A DNA stretch of 44,498 nt, taken from IMG/VR virus record IMGVR_UViG_3300049135_000084, positions 1 through 44,498 of that record. One strand, 5' to 3'. The notes under the pieces were generated by a model. It searched no databases. It worked only from the letters and a program-made list of their open reading frames with translations, and was not told the origin of the DNA. This DNA comes from a virus (taxonomy: Duplodnaviria > Caudoviricetes). Of this stretch, positions 35,194 to 44,498 are shown in pieces (the first letter of the stretch is position 1; the number at the start of each line of letters is the position of its first letter). A program made the translations under genes and the position numbers.

Positions 35194-35597
35194 AGCGCGT
35201 CGAGCGCCGCATCGACGTCCGCCGGGTCCTCGGCGAGCTTCCGCAGATCCGGCAGCAGCACGTCGATGCTGGCGTCCTCGTTCTTCGCCAGGGCCTGACT
35301 CATGACGTTGGTGAACACGTCGTCGATCTCACTGCGTTCGATGCGCGCCCGCAGCCGCCGCTTCCAGCCAGGCACGTCGAAGTCGGCGAACTGCAGGTCC
35401 TTGTCCGCGCGGCGGCGGAATGCCCACAGGACAGCGCGCAGCGCGGTGACGTCCTGCGCGCGCAGCAGATTCTCGATGCCGCGCCACGGGACGTCCCCGC
35501 CCATCGCCTCTTCAACGGCGGCGGCCTCGAGCGCCGACAGGTCCTCGGTCGACCACTTCTCGACGGTGCCGTCGTCCTGCGTGTACGTGATGATCAC
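35148..35597 (-). CDS. Tail assembly chaperone
   Basis: Upstream of tape measure; ends near LGK slippery site; GTG 35597 with GAGGA. Confidence 0.85.
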   Translation of the reverse strand: MIITYTQDDGTVEKWSTEDLSALEAAAVEEAMGGDVPWRGIENLLRAQDVTALRAVLWAFRRRADKDLQFADFDVPGWKRRLRARIERSEIDDVFTNVMSQALAKNEDASIDVLLPDLRKLAEDPADVDAALDALGKGHLVRHRQDSAG

Positions 35598-35610
35598 GTG
35601 GTTCCTCTTC

Positions 35611-36117
35611 TCACTGAAGGTCCCGTCGTACATCGCCCAGGACCCGCTCGATCTCGGCCCGCATCCGCGGGGTTCCGGCCTGGACGGTGTTGGACCACCA
35701 GCCGGTCGGCCGCGCCGTCTGGGTCGCCCACCGGCGGCGGTTGCCGAACACGGGATGCCTGACCCGGCCTGCCTCGATGACCCAGGGCATGTTCCGTATG
35801 TCCGCGGGGAGCTGGGCCCGGTCGATCCAGATGCGGGCGCCAGGGTTGGCGCCCTGCCTGACACTGATCCGTATCGCGGCCGCGATGGTGGCTCGCAGAG
35901 GCCGCGTGGTGGGCGAGGGGCCACCTCTGGTGCGGCGGCCCGGCCCGGGAAGCTGCACGGAGCGGATCGACCGCCGCAGGTCCTTCTGAAGCGGCTCAGC
36001 GGCCCGCCGCACGCGACGGCTGAAGTTCTGCCGCAACCGCGGGCCGCCCGCCCTGCGCATACGGCGGGACAGGTCCACCAGCTGTCCGGTGCCCAGAACC
36101 TGTACCGACCCGGCCAT
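35611..36117 (-). CDS. Basic virion morphogenesis protein (HK97 gp10-like)
   Basis: Arg-rich, RHPVFGNR motif, located in tail module. Confidence 0.7.
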   Translation of the reverse strand: MAGSVQVLGTGQLVDLSRRMRRAGGPRLRQNFSRRVRRAAEPLQKDLRRSIRSVQLPGPGRRTRGGPSPTTRPLRATIAAAIRISVRQGANPGARIWIDRAQLPADIRNMPWVIEAGRVRHPVFGNRRRWATQTARPTGWWSNTVQAGTPRMRAEIERVLGDVRRDLQ

Positions 36118-36120
36118 CGG

Positions 36121-36606
36121 TCAGGCCGCGGCGGGAATGGCGACGTTCTCGGCCGGCTCGCTGGTGATGGCGAACTGGGCCATGATCTGGGCGGCCTGGT
36201 CGAGTTCCCTCACTTTGGCCTGGCTGGTGACCGTGACCGGGTACACGTCCATGGTCTGGGTAGGGACGTCACCCTCGTCCATCCACACGATGAACCCGCT
36301 GGCCTCGCGGACGAGCAGGGTGCGGATGTCGTCCGCGTCCTTCGACGCCCAGAAGGTAAGGCTGGAGTCGGAGGCCGTGATCTCGCCGCCCACGACCGGC
36401 GTGAACCGGCTGCCCAGGGCCGGGGTCGGCACGGTGCCCGAGGTGGTCTGCCACCCGGCCATCGCACCGGTCTCCGCCTCCAGCGCCGTACCGGCGCCCA
36501 GCTCCGCCCTCGTCGGGCTGTTCTTGTTCGCGATCGTCGGCACCCACAGAACCTTCGTCACGCCACGCCGGTAGTACCGGATGGACGCGTTGATCGGCGT
36601 CGCCAT
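36121..36606 (-). CDS. Major tail (tube) protein
   Basis: WVPTIANKNSPTRAEL...DVYPVTV; synteny. Confidence 0.85.
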   Translation of the reverse strand: MATPINASIRYYRRGVTKVLWVPTIANKNSPTRAELGAGTALEAETGAMAGWQTTSGTVPTPALGSRFTPVVGGEITASDSSLTFWASKDADDIRTLLVREASGFIVWMDEGDVPTQTMDVYPVTVTSQAKVRELDQAAQIMAQFAITSEPAENVAIPAAA

Positions 36607-36776
36607 CAGCTTTCTCCCTCAGCCCGCCGGCGGCCCTTCGCCGCAGGCGCAATCTCGGTGGATTCGCTGGACTGGTCGCTGACGACCTTCCAGCCGGACC
36701 GCTTGTACACAGGCACCGAAATCTCGGGGACTTCGATCTCCTGCTCGATGCCGTCGTGACTCATCCGCACCCCCAT
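36606..36776 (-). CDS. Small protein (56 aa), not in ORF track
   Basis: MGVRMSHDGIEQEIEVPEISVPVYKRSGW...; GAGGAG RBS; TGATG overlap with major tail gene. Confidence 0.7.
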   Translation of the reverse strand: MGVRMSHDGIEQEIEVPEISVPVYKRSGWKVVSDQSSESTEIAPAAKGRRRAEGES

Positions 36777-36789
36777 CGGGCGCTCCTCT

Positions 36790-37242
36790 CTACGTGAAGG
36801 CCCTACCGGCCACGGTCAGAAGCAATGTGGCGCGCGCGCCCTTCTCCGTCTGGTCCGGCAGGAGCTGGGTGCCGCCGATCGCCGCCTCCAGCGACGCCAG
36901 GCCCAGGCTCGGGCTTGCGCGAAGCCACGCCTCCACCCGCGCGGCGATCTCGTAGGCGCGAACCCGGACGGCTCGCACATCGGTGTCGCCGCTCTGGGCG
37001 ATTGCCGCCACGGTGATCTGAAACTCTTCCTCGCGGCCTGTGCCGAGGTCGGACCAGCCGCCCACGGACTGTGCTGCCTGGAAGTCACCGTTGGGATCGC
37101 CGTCCCAGCCGACGATCAGCCAGTCCAGGACGGCATCCTCGGTCACCTCCGGGCCGTCCGCCACACGCACGTTCGCCAGCTCGGCGTCTGCCTGTCCGAG
37201 CTCCACCAGCCGGTCGATGACCTCGGGTACTCGTGATCCCAT
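36790..37242 (-). CDS. Tail terminator/completion protein
   Basis: Size, acidic alpha/beta pattern and synteny. Confidence 0.7.
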   Translation of the reverse strand: MGSRVPEVIDRLVELGQADAELANVRVADGPEVTEDAVLDWLIVGWDGDPNGDFQAAQSVGGWSDLGTGREEEFQITVAAIAQSGDTDVRAVRVRAYEIAARVEAWLRASPSLGLASLEAAIGGTQLLPDQTEKGARATLLLTVAGRAFT

Positions 37243-38058
37243 CTACTCCGCTCCAGGGGGAAGTCGGTCCGGCTCCAGCAGCTGCAGGGCGCGGTTGGGT
37301 ACGGCGTACCCGAGGCCAGGGATGAGCTCGGTGACGTTGTAGTCCTGGCCGCCGCCGGCCAGGCCGCCGCGGTTGCCCCGCTGGGTGAGCCAGAGGTGTT
37401 CGAGGATGATCCGGGCGGCGCCGCTGATGTTCTCCGCGATGACCGTGCGTCCGGCTCGATAGGTGAAGCGAAGCCGCCCGGAGAGCCTGCCGCCGTCCAA
37501 GCGGAAGACTTCCCCGGTGGACCCGTCCACGCCCAGGTCGTCCGGGCTGTAGGCGGCGGCTCCCGTCAGGACGGAGTCGACGGCCGTGACCGCGATGACG
37601 GGCGTGCGTCGCAGCACGACCGCCGCGGCGTTGCGGACCTGGTGCTGCTCGGTGAACGAGCGCGCGGTGACCGGCCCGACGTAGTACTCCACCGCCAGGG
37701 TGGTCGCGTTGTTCCAGAACCGGACTTCGTCGTCGTCCTTGGTGCTCTTGAGGTTCAGGTGGTCTCTGGCGTCGGCCAGCGACAGGATCGCCGGGGGCGC
37801 CGCCTCCTGCACGTCGAACACGTCGGTATACGCGGCGGCGGGCCCGGTCCACACCCAGCGCACCGCATGTCGTCCTGGGGCCGTGGTGACGTAGTCGGCC
37901 TGGTAGCGGCCGGTGTCCGTCTCGGTGATGGCCGGGGTGACGTTCGTCCCGTCCGGCAGGGTGACCGTCACCGTGGCCGTCACCGCGGTGGTGAGGGTGC
38001 CGCCCGGGTCACGGCACTCCGCAGTCAGGCGCGCCGTCGCGCCGAGATCGAACGGCAC
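37243..38058 (-). CDS. Head-to-tail adaptor with N-terminal beta-rich (Ig-like) domain
   Basis: LSLADARDHLN...TYRAG...ILEHLW; follows capsid region. Confidence 0.75.
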   Translation of the reverse strand: MPFDLGATARLTAECRDPGGTLTTAVTATVTVTLPDGTNVTPAITETDTGRYQADYVTTAPGRHAVRWVWTGPAAAYTDVFDVQEAAPPAILSLADARDHLNLKSTKDDDEVRFWNNATTLAVEYYVGPVTARSFTEQHQVRNAAAVVLRRTPVIAVTAVDSVLTGAAAYSPDDLGVDGSTGEVFRLDGGRLSGRLRFTYRAGRTVIAENISGAARIILEHLWLTQRGNRGGLAGGGQDYNVTELIPGLGYAVPNRALQLLEPDRLPPGAE

Positions 38059-38065
38059 GGCCGGC

Positions 38066-38425
38066 CTACTCGCCGCTGTCGATGATGGTCTTGCGCTTCT
38101 TCCCGGCGGCCTCGGCCGTCAGGACCCGCTGACGCTCGGCCTCGTCGGCGTTCTTCAGGTACGCGAGGACCTCAGGCGCCTGATGCTCGCTCGGGTCGAA
38201 CGGCGTCGTCTCGGTGGGTGGGGTCAGGGCCCGGGGCTCTCCCGGGTCGGCCGTCGCCTGCTCGGTCCGAGGACGGCGCGCGAGGTGCGCGTCCACGGAC
38301 TCGAACGCACTCTCGCGGCCCTTCACGACCGGGTCGTCATCGGCGACGATCTGCCCCGCTTTCACCACGCGCGGCGCACCTTTCGGGCCGTAGGCGGCGA
38401 AGGACCTCTTACTCCGCAGTGCCAT
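38066..38425 (-). CDS. Small head-associated protein
   Basis: EQATADPGE and AEAAGKKRKTI motifs; follows capsid gene; GGAG RBS. Confidence 0.7.
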   Translation of the reverse strand: MALRSKRSFAAYGPKGAPRVVKAGQIVADDDPVVKGRESAFESVDAHLARRPRTEQATADPGEPRALTPPTETTPFDPSEHQAPEVLAYLKNADEAERQRVLTAEAAGKKRKTIIDSGE

Positions 38426-38450
38426 GGGTTTCTCCAATCTGGGCACGTCG

Positions 38451-38486
38451 GCGGGCCCCACCCCGGAGTCGTGAGGTGGGGCCCGC
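38451..38486 (-). terminator. Hairpin after major capsid gene
   Basis: Perfect 12-bp gcgggccccacc/ggtggggcccgc. Confidence 0.65.
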
Positions 38487-38501
38487 AGAATGCACCTACG
38501 G

Positions 38502-39995
38502 TCAGACGGCGGTCGCGACGTTGAGCATCCGGAACGCGGCGTCGTTCACGGAGTCGGCACCGACCCGGTACCAGGCGTACCAGCCGCGCTGCCCGGTCGG
38601 CCGGCGGTTGGCGCCGACCAGGTGCGGGATGAACTCCACGGTCATGCCGATTCGGTCGGCGATCACGTAGTGCTCGAAGTCGCCGAGGATGAGGATGCGG
38701 TTGTCGCCCGCCGCGGCCGGGTCGAAGGAGGCGTCCATGGCCTCGGCCTCCAGCGCCGGGCGTCCGACCAGCTGCGCAGGAACGTCCGCGCCGATCCGCT
38801 CCCACAGCTCCGCACCGCCGTTGGTGTCGAACTGCCGCACCAGGTTGTAGATGCCGCGGTTCGCCAGCCAGGAGGCGTTCGCCCTCCAGCGCGCGGGCAG
38901 CGCACCGTCCATGGCGTAGATGTCGGCCGACTCGAACGTCTCGGCCGTCACCGGGTCGATCTCGCTCGCGGTGCCCGTCAGCGCGGTCACGATGCCGGTC
39001 GGCTGCTTGGTGCCGGTACCGGCGATGAACGCGTTCGCCTCCAGGTCGTCCTTGCCGAACGCGAGCAGGCGGCCGACCTCCATGGTGACGTTCTCGGCGT
39101 CGTCCATCGCCTCGATGGAGATGGGCACGAACCCGTCCGCCTTGTGGACCGGCACCTCAGGCTGCCCGAAGGCCGGGGCGTTGTCCCCGGCCTCGCTGCC
39201 CTCCTCGGCCCACCGCCACTGGACGGCGCCCGCCGAGACGCCGTGCCACACGTCGCCGGTGGCGACGACCTGCCGGGCGGCCTGCCGGATCTGGTTCCGG
39301 GACCCGTTGGACGTGATGATCACCGTGGGGTCGAGCTGGAACGGCACCAGGTAGCCGCCGGCCGTGTCGGTCAGCGACATGGCACGCTCCAGGGCCCGCT
39401 GCTCCTCCGGGGACATCATGTGCCCGCGCCCACCGGCCAGCTTGGACCAGGCCCGCAGGTACTCCGGGCTGGACGTGGCCAGGCACATGCGGGCGATCGT
39501 GCCGCGCTTGTCGTCGAACCGCTCGATGATGCTGGTCGCCGCCGACCGGATCGGGTCGTTCGCGGCGGCCATCTTCTCGACCGCGGCGAGCGCCCGCGCC
39601 TTCAGCTCGACACCGACCTGCTCCGGGGACCGGTCGAACGTGCGGACCTCCGTCAGATCCCACGGGTTGCGGAACCGCCTGTCCTCCACGGAGTCGGGGT
39701 TGAGGATCGGGTCCTCGTTGTAAGCGCGGCCGGTGGCGGCGCTGCCCGGCACGACCGCGACCGCGGCCGGCGGCCGCCCAGTCGTCTGGGTCGCGGCGCG
39801 CACGCGCTCCAGTGCGCTGCGGCGCTCCAGCTGACGGCGGTGGTCGTCGACCTCGGCGAACTCGGTCGTCAGCTCGTTGAACTCACGCTCGTCGTCATCG
39901 GTCAGTGTGTCGCGCTGCTCCAGCTCTTCCAGCCGGGCGCGGATCTCACGCAGGCGGATGACGGCCTGCTGGTGCGAAAGCTGAAGCTGTGGCAT
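38502..39995 (-). CDS. Major capsid protein, HK97 fold
   Basis: Coiled-coil delta domain, AGGYLVP, GTGTKQPTGI, ILGDF motifs. Confidence 0.95.
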   Translation of the reverse strand: MPQLQLSHQQAVIRLREIRARLEELEQRDTLTDDDEREFNELTTEFAEVDDHRRQLERRSALERVRAATQTTGRPPAAVAVVPGSAATGRAYNEDPILNPDSVEDRRFRNPWDLTEVRTFDRSPEQVGVELKARALAAVEKMAAANDPIRSAATSIIERFDDKRGTIARMCLATSSPEYLRAWSKLAGGRGHMMSPEEQRALERAMSLTDTAGGYLVPFQLDPTVIITSNGSRNQIRQAARQVVATGDVWHGVSAGAVQWRWAEEGSEAGDNAPAFGQPEVPVHKADGFVPISIEAMDDAENVTMEVGRLLAFGKDDLEANAFIAGTGTKQPTGIVTALTGTASEIDPVTAETFESADIYAMDGALPARWRANASWLANRGIYNLVRQFDTNGGAELWERIGADVPAQLVGRPALEAEAMDASFDPAAAGDNRILILGDFEHYVIADRIGMTVEFIPHLVGANRRPTGQRGWYAWYRVGADSVNDAAFRMLNVATAV

Positions 39996-41038
39996 CAGCT
40001 CGTCTCCTTCGTGTCGATGGACGCCAGTACGCCGTCCATCAGCTCGCCGATTTCGGCCAGCTGAGAGCGCATGCGGACTGTGCGGGGAGAGGGCGACGGG
40101 TGCCCATCGGCGGGCGGCGCGTCTGTGGTGCTGGGTGCCGTCGGGTGCCCGGGTGCGGGCGGCGCGACGGCGGATCGTTCGGCCGGGTGCCCAGGCTCGG
40201 GCGGCGCGGCCGTCTGCTGCTGGCGGAGAGCCTCACGCACGGCGGCGCTGAGCTGCTCCGGGTCTTCGGTGCCCGCCACTGTGACGACGAGGCTGGGCGG
40301 GGAGTCTTGCCGGTACAGCAGGGCGGTGGCGACCTCGCGGCGTAGTGCCGGGTCGTCGGGGACCTGCGGCGCCAGCGCGGCCGCGTCGCGGGCGAGGGAG
40401 GCCCGCAGGCGGGCGCGGGAGTCGCTGTCGTCGACCAGGCCGTGCGCGACGTCCCGGGCTCGCACCGACACGGACGTACCGACATAGGCCGGGAAGACGA
40501 CAGGACCGAGCTCGCGGCACTTCAGCTCGATCAGCTCGCGCTGCAGCGGCCCACGGTCGCCAGGCATCCACAGCAAGTCCAGCACCTCGTCCGCCTTGAC
40601 GAGCTTGCCGTTGACGTCCCGCCACTCCTCGCGGACCACCTCGAACCGGAAGCTCATGCCGTTCACGGTCTTCTCGGCGATCGCGTCGCGGATCGGCTGC
40701 ATCAGCCAGTTGTCGGTGATGCGCGCCTCGACGAACAGGCCGTCGTCGTCCTCGCGCAGGTCGGCGATCGCCCCGATCGGGATACTCCCGATCAGCGGGT
40801 GACGGCCGTGGTCGAACTGAAGCACCGGGATCTGCTCGCGGATCGTCTTGCGGAAGGCACCCTTGCGGATGGTCTCGGTGAAGTGCCCTTCCCACGAGTT
40901 GATCTCGGTGGCCTGACCGAAGACGGCGGCGTAGCCGGACAGCGTCCGGCCGTCGCCCTCCTCGTCGCTGTCGGCGCGCTGGAGCTGGAACGGAGCCGAC
41001 CGCATCAGGTCGCGGGCGACGGACTGCATGGCGGGCAT
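39995..41038 (-). CDS. HK97-family prohead protease with C-terminal extension
   Basis: GYAAVF, FDH, GMSFRF, VVFPAY motifs; ATG 41038 with GAGGGAGG. Confidence 0.9.
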   Translation of the reverse strand: MPAMQSVARDLMRSAPFQLQRADSDEEGDGRTLSGYAAVFGQATEINSWEGHFTETIRKGAFRKTIREQIPVLQFDHGRHPLIGSIPIGAIADLREDDDGLFVEARITDNWLMQPIRDAIAEKTVNGMSFRFEVVREEWRDVNGKLVKADEVLDLLWMPGDRGPLQRELIELKCRELGPVVFPAYVGTSVSVRARDVAHGLVDDSDSRARLRASLARDAAALAPQVPDDPALRREVATALLYRQDSPPSLVVTVAGTEDPEQLSAAVREALRQQQTAAPPEPGHPAERSAVAPPAPGHPTAPSTTDAPPADGHPSPSPRTVRMRSQLAEIGELMDGVLASIDTKETS

Positions 41039-41039
41039 C

Positions 41040-42428
41040 TCAGGCCCCTCCCTCGATCGGTCGGATGGCGTCATGGAGCGCGGCGGCCAAGGCCCGCGTG
41101 CGGGCATCGGACGGCGGCGCCGAAGTGCCGGGCGCCTGAAGCTGCACAGAGAACAGGCCGGTGTGCACCAGCAGACTCCAGTCGCTGGCGGTGACGGCCG
41201 CCATCACGGACTCCGGGGTGTATCCGGCGTCGACCAGCGTGCGGATCGTGCGGGACTGCAAGCCCTGGATCTCGGCCGCGTCCCGGGCGTCCTCCCGCAG
41301 GAACGGCACGTCGCGGGCGTCGTACCAGAGCCGCACCGCGCCGGACGTGCCGCCACCGGGCGGCCGGACCAGCCGGGAGAAGGACCCGGCGGCGTTCTGC
41401 CACAGCGGGTGGATCGTGCCGTCCGCGAAGCGCCGGCGGGCCTGCCCATAGTTGCTGTACGTCGCGGCTTGGAGGCCCTCGGACAGGCCGACGATAATGG
41501 GAGGCACCCCGGCCGCCGCAGCGATGCGGGTCTCGCCGGCGCCCTGGACCTTCGCGAAGTCGAGCTGCTTGAAGTCCGCGCCGACGACCGTGACGTCCGC
41601 GCCGCCGCCCAGGTACAGCGTCTTGTACGCGTTCTCGACGCCCCGGTGGTTGGCCTCCATCTTGGCCTTGAACTTGGCGAACGCCTCCGGGCTCACCTCG
41701 CGGGCCAGACGCACGACCATGTTCGGTGTCGCGGCGTTCTCCAGAAACTTCCGCTTGTGCCGGGCCATCAGCCCGTCGTTCTGCACCTCGCGGATCACCG
41801 GCGTCAGCCAGGACATCCCGCGGTACGTCGCCAACGGATCAGGCACGGGCGCGAAGTGCGCCACCTCGTCCGCGAGCAGCGCGACCGGCTCCTCGCCGGG
41901 CTCCTGGTAGATGTAACCCAGCTTCCGCCAGCCGAGGTGACCGCCGCGGTGCTCGCGGCGTTCCAGCACGATGTACACCCAGTCCGGCCGCATCCGGACC
42001 ACCTCGTTGTCGAGGCGCGTCCAGTACGCGTTGCCCGCCAGGTCGGCGTCCTGGATATCCCGGGAGAGCAGGTCCTGCGTCGTCCCGCCCGGCCACGGCT
42101 CCTCCAGCAAGCGCAGCTCCGACGAACCGAACATGGCGGAGGGGGTGCCGTTGTTCAGCCGCTGCCACGTGAACCGCGGCGCGGAGAACACCATCTGCCG
42201 AGCGACCATGCACGCCCAGATGACGGGGTTCGTCGCGAACAGCTGCGCGTACCCCGGCAGGTCCGTGGGCGCCTTCTCTGCGGCCTGTCCGGGCTGGGTC
42301 TGGGTAATGCCGAGTGCCGAGAAGCCGCCGTACCCCAGGGAGTCCTGGAGCGCCTGCGCGTAGTCGTCGATCGTGCTGATCGCCCGGGACTCGGTACGGG
42401 AGCGGGAGGACCGCCACAGGTTCACCAC
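41040..42428 (-). CDS. Portal protein
   Basis: GNAYW, YRGMSW, IAAAAGVPP...G...ATYSN motifs. Confidence 0.92.
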   Translation of the reverse strand: MVNLWRSSRSRTESRAISTIDDYAQALQDSLGYGGFSALGITQTQPGQAAEKAPTDLPGYAQLFATNPVIWACMVARQMVFSAPRFTWQRLNNGTPSAMFGSSELRLLEEPWPGGTTQDLLSRDIQDADLAGNAYWTRLDNEVVRMRPDWVYIVLERREHRGGHLGWRKLGYIYQEPGEEPVALLADEVAHFAPVPDPLATYRGMSWLTPVIREVQNDGLMARHKRKFLENAATPNMVVRLAREVSPEAFAKFKAKMEANHRGVENAYKTLYLGGGADVTVVGADFKQLDFAKVQGAGETRIAAAAGVPPIIVGLSEGLQAATYSNYGQARRRFADGTIHPLWQNAAGSFSRLVRPPGGGTSGAVRLWYDARDVPFLREDARDAAEIQGLQSRTIRTLVDAGYTPESVMAAVTASDWSLLVHTGLFSVQLQAPGTSAPPSDARTRALAAALHDAIRPIEGGA

Positions 42429-42607
42429 GGGCCCTCACCTCGGCTTTCCTTCGGCGGGGCCACGTCCATCAGCAGCAGGCAGTAGGCCCCCAGACCGAGG
42501 CCGGCCGTCATCAGCGCCGCCGCCAGGTCGACGGCGAGCCCGATCCCGACGGTGAACAGCCCGCCGCCTGCCACGACGCCCGCACGGGCGAGCGCGGTAC
42601 GCGTCAT
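42422..42607 (-). CDS. Small two-helix hydrophobic protein between terL and portal
   Basis: ATGA overlap with terL stop; two hydrophobic segments. Confidence 0.7.
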   Translation of the reverse strand: MTRTALARAGVVAGGGLFTVGIGLAVDLAAALMTAGLGLGAYCLLLMDVAPPKESRGEGPW

Positions 42608-44190
42608 CCGAATTCGGCCCACGGCTCCACCTCCTCCTCCGGCTCCTCGACTTCCGCCGAGAGGCCCCACCGGGCGTTCGTGGCCGCGACCAGCGGCGTG
42701 ATATCCACCCCGACGCCACGGCGGGCCCACGCCCATGCGTCGCCGAGGTCTCGTTTCCTCGCGCCGGCCAGCGCGGTGGCGAGCGGCGCCTGGTCCAGGT
42801 GCACGATCCTGCTGGCGGCGACCGCGTCGTAGAACTGGCCGACTGCCCGCACGACGTCTCTGGTCTTCATCTCGACGACCGGAGCCAGGAGCTGGGGCTC
42901 CTCGTCACCTTCCGCGTCCTCCTCCGGGTCGACCTGCAGACCCTTCTTGAGGTCGCGGATCAGCGAACCCGCCGGACTGCCCGTGTCGATCACGAAGCAC
43001 CGCGGGTGCCACTTCTCTGCCAGCTCCCGGGCCCGCTTGACCACCCAGTCCGTGCCGGGCCGGTTGTCGACGACCTCGACGTGCACGGCCTCGCCGCTCT
43101 GGCCGGCCACACAGATGCTCGCGTGGCTGCGCTCCGGCGTGACGTCGATGGCGAACGCCACCGGGTCGGCGGGCTGGCTGTCGCCGTCCGTCAGCGCTTC
43201 CCAGGCGTCCTTGCCAATGACCGCCCAGGCGTCGCCCTCCTCGGCCGGGTACTCGCCGACGCCGAGCCGCTCGCGGGCGTAGCCGTCCTTGCTGAGCGTG
43301 GCCCGCTCGTTGGCGACCTTCGCCAGCGTCAGCCGGTAGCCGAGCGCCGGGTTGGCCTTACGCACGGCCTCGTCGGACGCTGGATCGTCGTGCTTGTCGC
43401 AATCCTTCGGGCACTCCTTGACGTGCAGGTCCGCCGACCACTCCATGTAGGCCAGGGACGGGTCCGGCACGCCGGCCTCGATGGCGGCGAGCGCGCGGCG
43501 CCTGAGCCGCGCCAGCTGCACGGATTGGGGGCCGATGCCCGCCGAGCCCAGGTACCAGATCTGCGGGTCCTCGATGGCGGCCATCGTGGGCAGCAGCGCG
43601 TCCATCTCGTTGTCGCCGAGGATCATGTCCTCGTCCATCATGTTGCAGTGCCCGCTGAAGCCGCGGCCGCTGCCTTTGCTGCGGGCGATGAACCGCAGCA
43701 TGCGGCCGTCGTGCAGCTCGATGCTCTCCTCGCCCGTGGTCTGCCAGTACCGCTTGACACGTTTGTGCAGGTCAGGGCATCCCCGGATGAGGCGTTCGAT
43801 CCGGCGGAACGCGTTCTTCGCCGTCTTGAATTCGTGGGCGCTGTGGAGGATCAGCTCCTCGCCGCCGATGAACAGGCCCCACAGCTCGCGGGCCTCGATG
43901 ATGCCGCCCTTGCCGTTCTGGCGAGGGACGTTGACAGCGATTTCGAAGGCGGCCCAGGACCCGTCGGGCTTCTCGGCCATGCCGACGCGGAGCACGTGCT
44001 GCTGCCATGGGTCCAGCTTCAGCCCGGCCTTGGCCGCGAGGTCGATGGCCTCCTGTCCGGCGCTGCTCGCCGAGGGCGGCGCGGTCTGGATCGGCGGTTC
44101 CTGCCAGCCATACACGCGGCTGTCGTCAGTCCCCGGAGGCCTGCTGCTGGGCGGCTGCTCGGCGCTTCGCTCGCTGCTCAGCAATGTCAT
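42604..44190 (-). CDS. terL: Terminase large subunit
   Basis: LDPWQ, PRQNGKG, MMDE, AIDV and DITPLVA motifs; alternative start GTG 44115. Confidence 0.93.
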   Translation of the reverse strand: MTLLSSERSAEQPPSSRPPGTDDSRVYGWQEPPIQTAPPSASSAGQEAIDLAAKAGLKLDPWQQHVLRVGMAEKPDGSWAAFEIAVNVPRQNGKGGIIEARELWGLFIGGEELILHSAHEFKTAKNAFRRIERLIRGCPDLHKRVKRYWQTTGEESIELHDGRMLRFIARSKGSGRGFSGHCNMMDEDMILGDNEMDALLPTMAAIEDPQIWYLGSAGIGPQSVQLARLRRRALAAIEAGVPDPSLAYMEWSADLHVKECPKDCDKHDDPASDEAVRKANPALGYRLTLAKVANERATLSKDGYARERLGVGEYPAEEGDAWAVIGKDAWEALTDGDSQPADPVAFAIDVTPERSHASICVAGQSGEAVHVEVVDNRPGTDWVVKRARELAEKWHPRCFVIDTGSPAGSLIRDLKKGLQVDPEEDAEGDEEPQLLAPVVEMKTRDVVRAVGQFYDAVAASRIVHLDQAPLATALAGARKRDLGDAWAWARRGVGVDITPLVAATNARWGLSAEVEEPEEEVEPWAEFG

Positions 44191-44401
44191 CGACCGCGTC
44201 CCCCTTCGACTCGACGGGCGCGAGCTTGCGCAGGTCGTTCATGATCGAGCGGAGCTTGTCCGCGCCGGTCGCCTTCTCTGGCAGGGATTCCGCTACGTCG
44301 ATCGCCTCGGCGAGAGCGAGGGCGACGGCCGCCATTCCGGGCGAAGTCTCGTCGGCGCGAAGATCGTCGAGTTCGGCAGCGATCTCGGAGGCGACGGTCA
44401 T
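44126..44401 (-). CDS. terS: Terminase small subunit (putative)
   Basis: Small helical protein directly upstream of terL; DAVDDIAEQRAKRR tail; GGAGG RBS. Confidence 0.75.
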   Translation of the reverse strand: MTVASEIAAELDDLRADETSPGMAAVALALAEAIDVAESLPEKATGADKLRSIMNDLRKLAPVESKGDAVDDIAEQRAKRRAAAQQQASGD

Positions 44402-44498
44402 GATCACCTCCAGTCGTCACACAGTGTCGCGTCACTCTGTGTGACGGCCTGCTAATTCAGTCGAACCGAGTTCGCGGTGATTAGGGCCAGGATTTGGC

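Larger units (their letters stand above)
1..44498 (-). mobile_element. Temperate siphovirus genome (Streptomyces-like host), excised/virion form
   Basis: Complete packaging, head, tail, lysis, integration, immunity and replication modules; intact attP with phage genes on both sides; no housekeeping genes; window ends fall between the HNH/ATPase genes and terS. Confidence 0.95.

Noticed and set aside
44461-44475. SOS box upstream of terS (TCGAAC-CGA-GTTCGC)
   Set aside because: Spacer is 3 nt rather than 4; more likely part of a packaging-region inverted repeat

Overview
The window is an essentially complete, high-GC temperate siphovirus genome, probably infecting Streptomyces (inferred from GC content, gene families and codon usage). 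It is in excised or virion form: attP is intact and no host genes are present. Most genes lie on the minus strand. Read from right to left they are: terS, terL, portal, protease and HK97-type capsid; head-tail and tail genes, including a tail chaperone with a -1 slippery site; the lysis cassette; an accessory regulatory island beside attP (HAD hydrolase, a ~400-aa XRE regulator with a helical C-terminus, an operon of small Cys-rich proteins and a TTA-containing XRE gene); attP (3' half of tRNA-Lys UUU) with a tyrosine integrase; a repressor/cro switch; Prim-Pol/helicase, an iteron-rich origin and an SF2 helicase; small early genes including a MazG-like one; a self-contained membrane-protein cassette with its own promoter and autorepressor; a putative late promoter; and HNH and small ATPase genes. 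The two best candidates for undescribed systems are the HAD/XRE/Cys-rich island (19.3-23.3 kb) and the spread-gene-like membrane cassette (2.0-7.06 kb). All family calls come from motif recognition and synteny by eye; no database searches were run.
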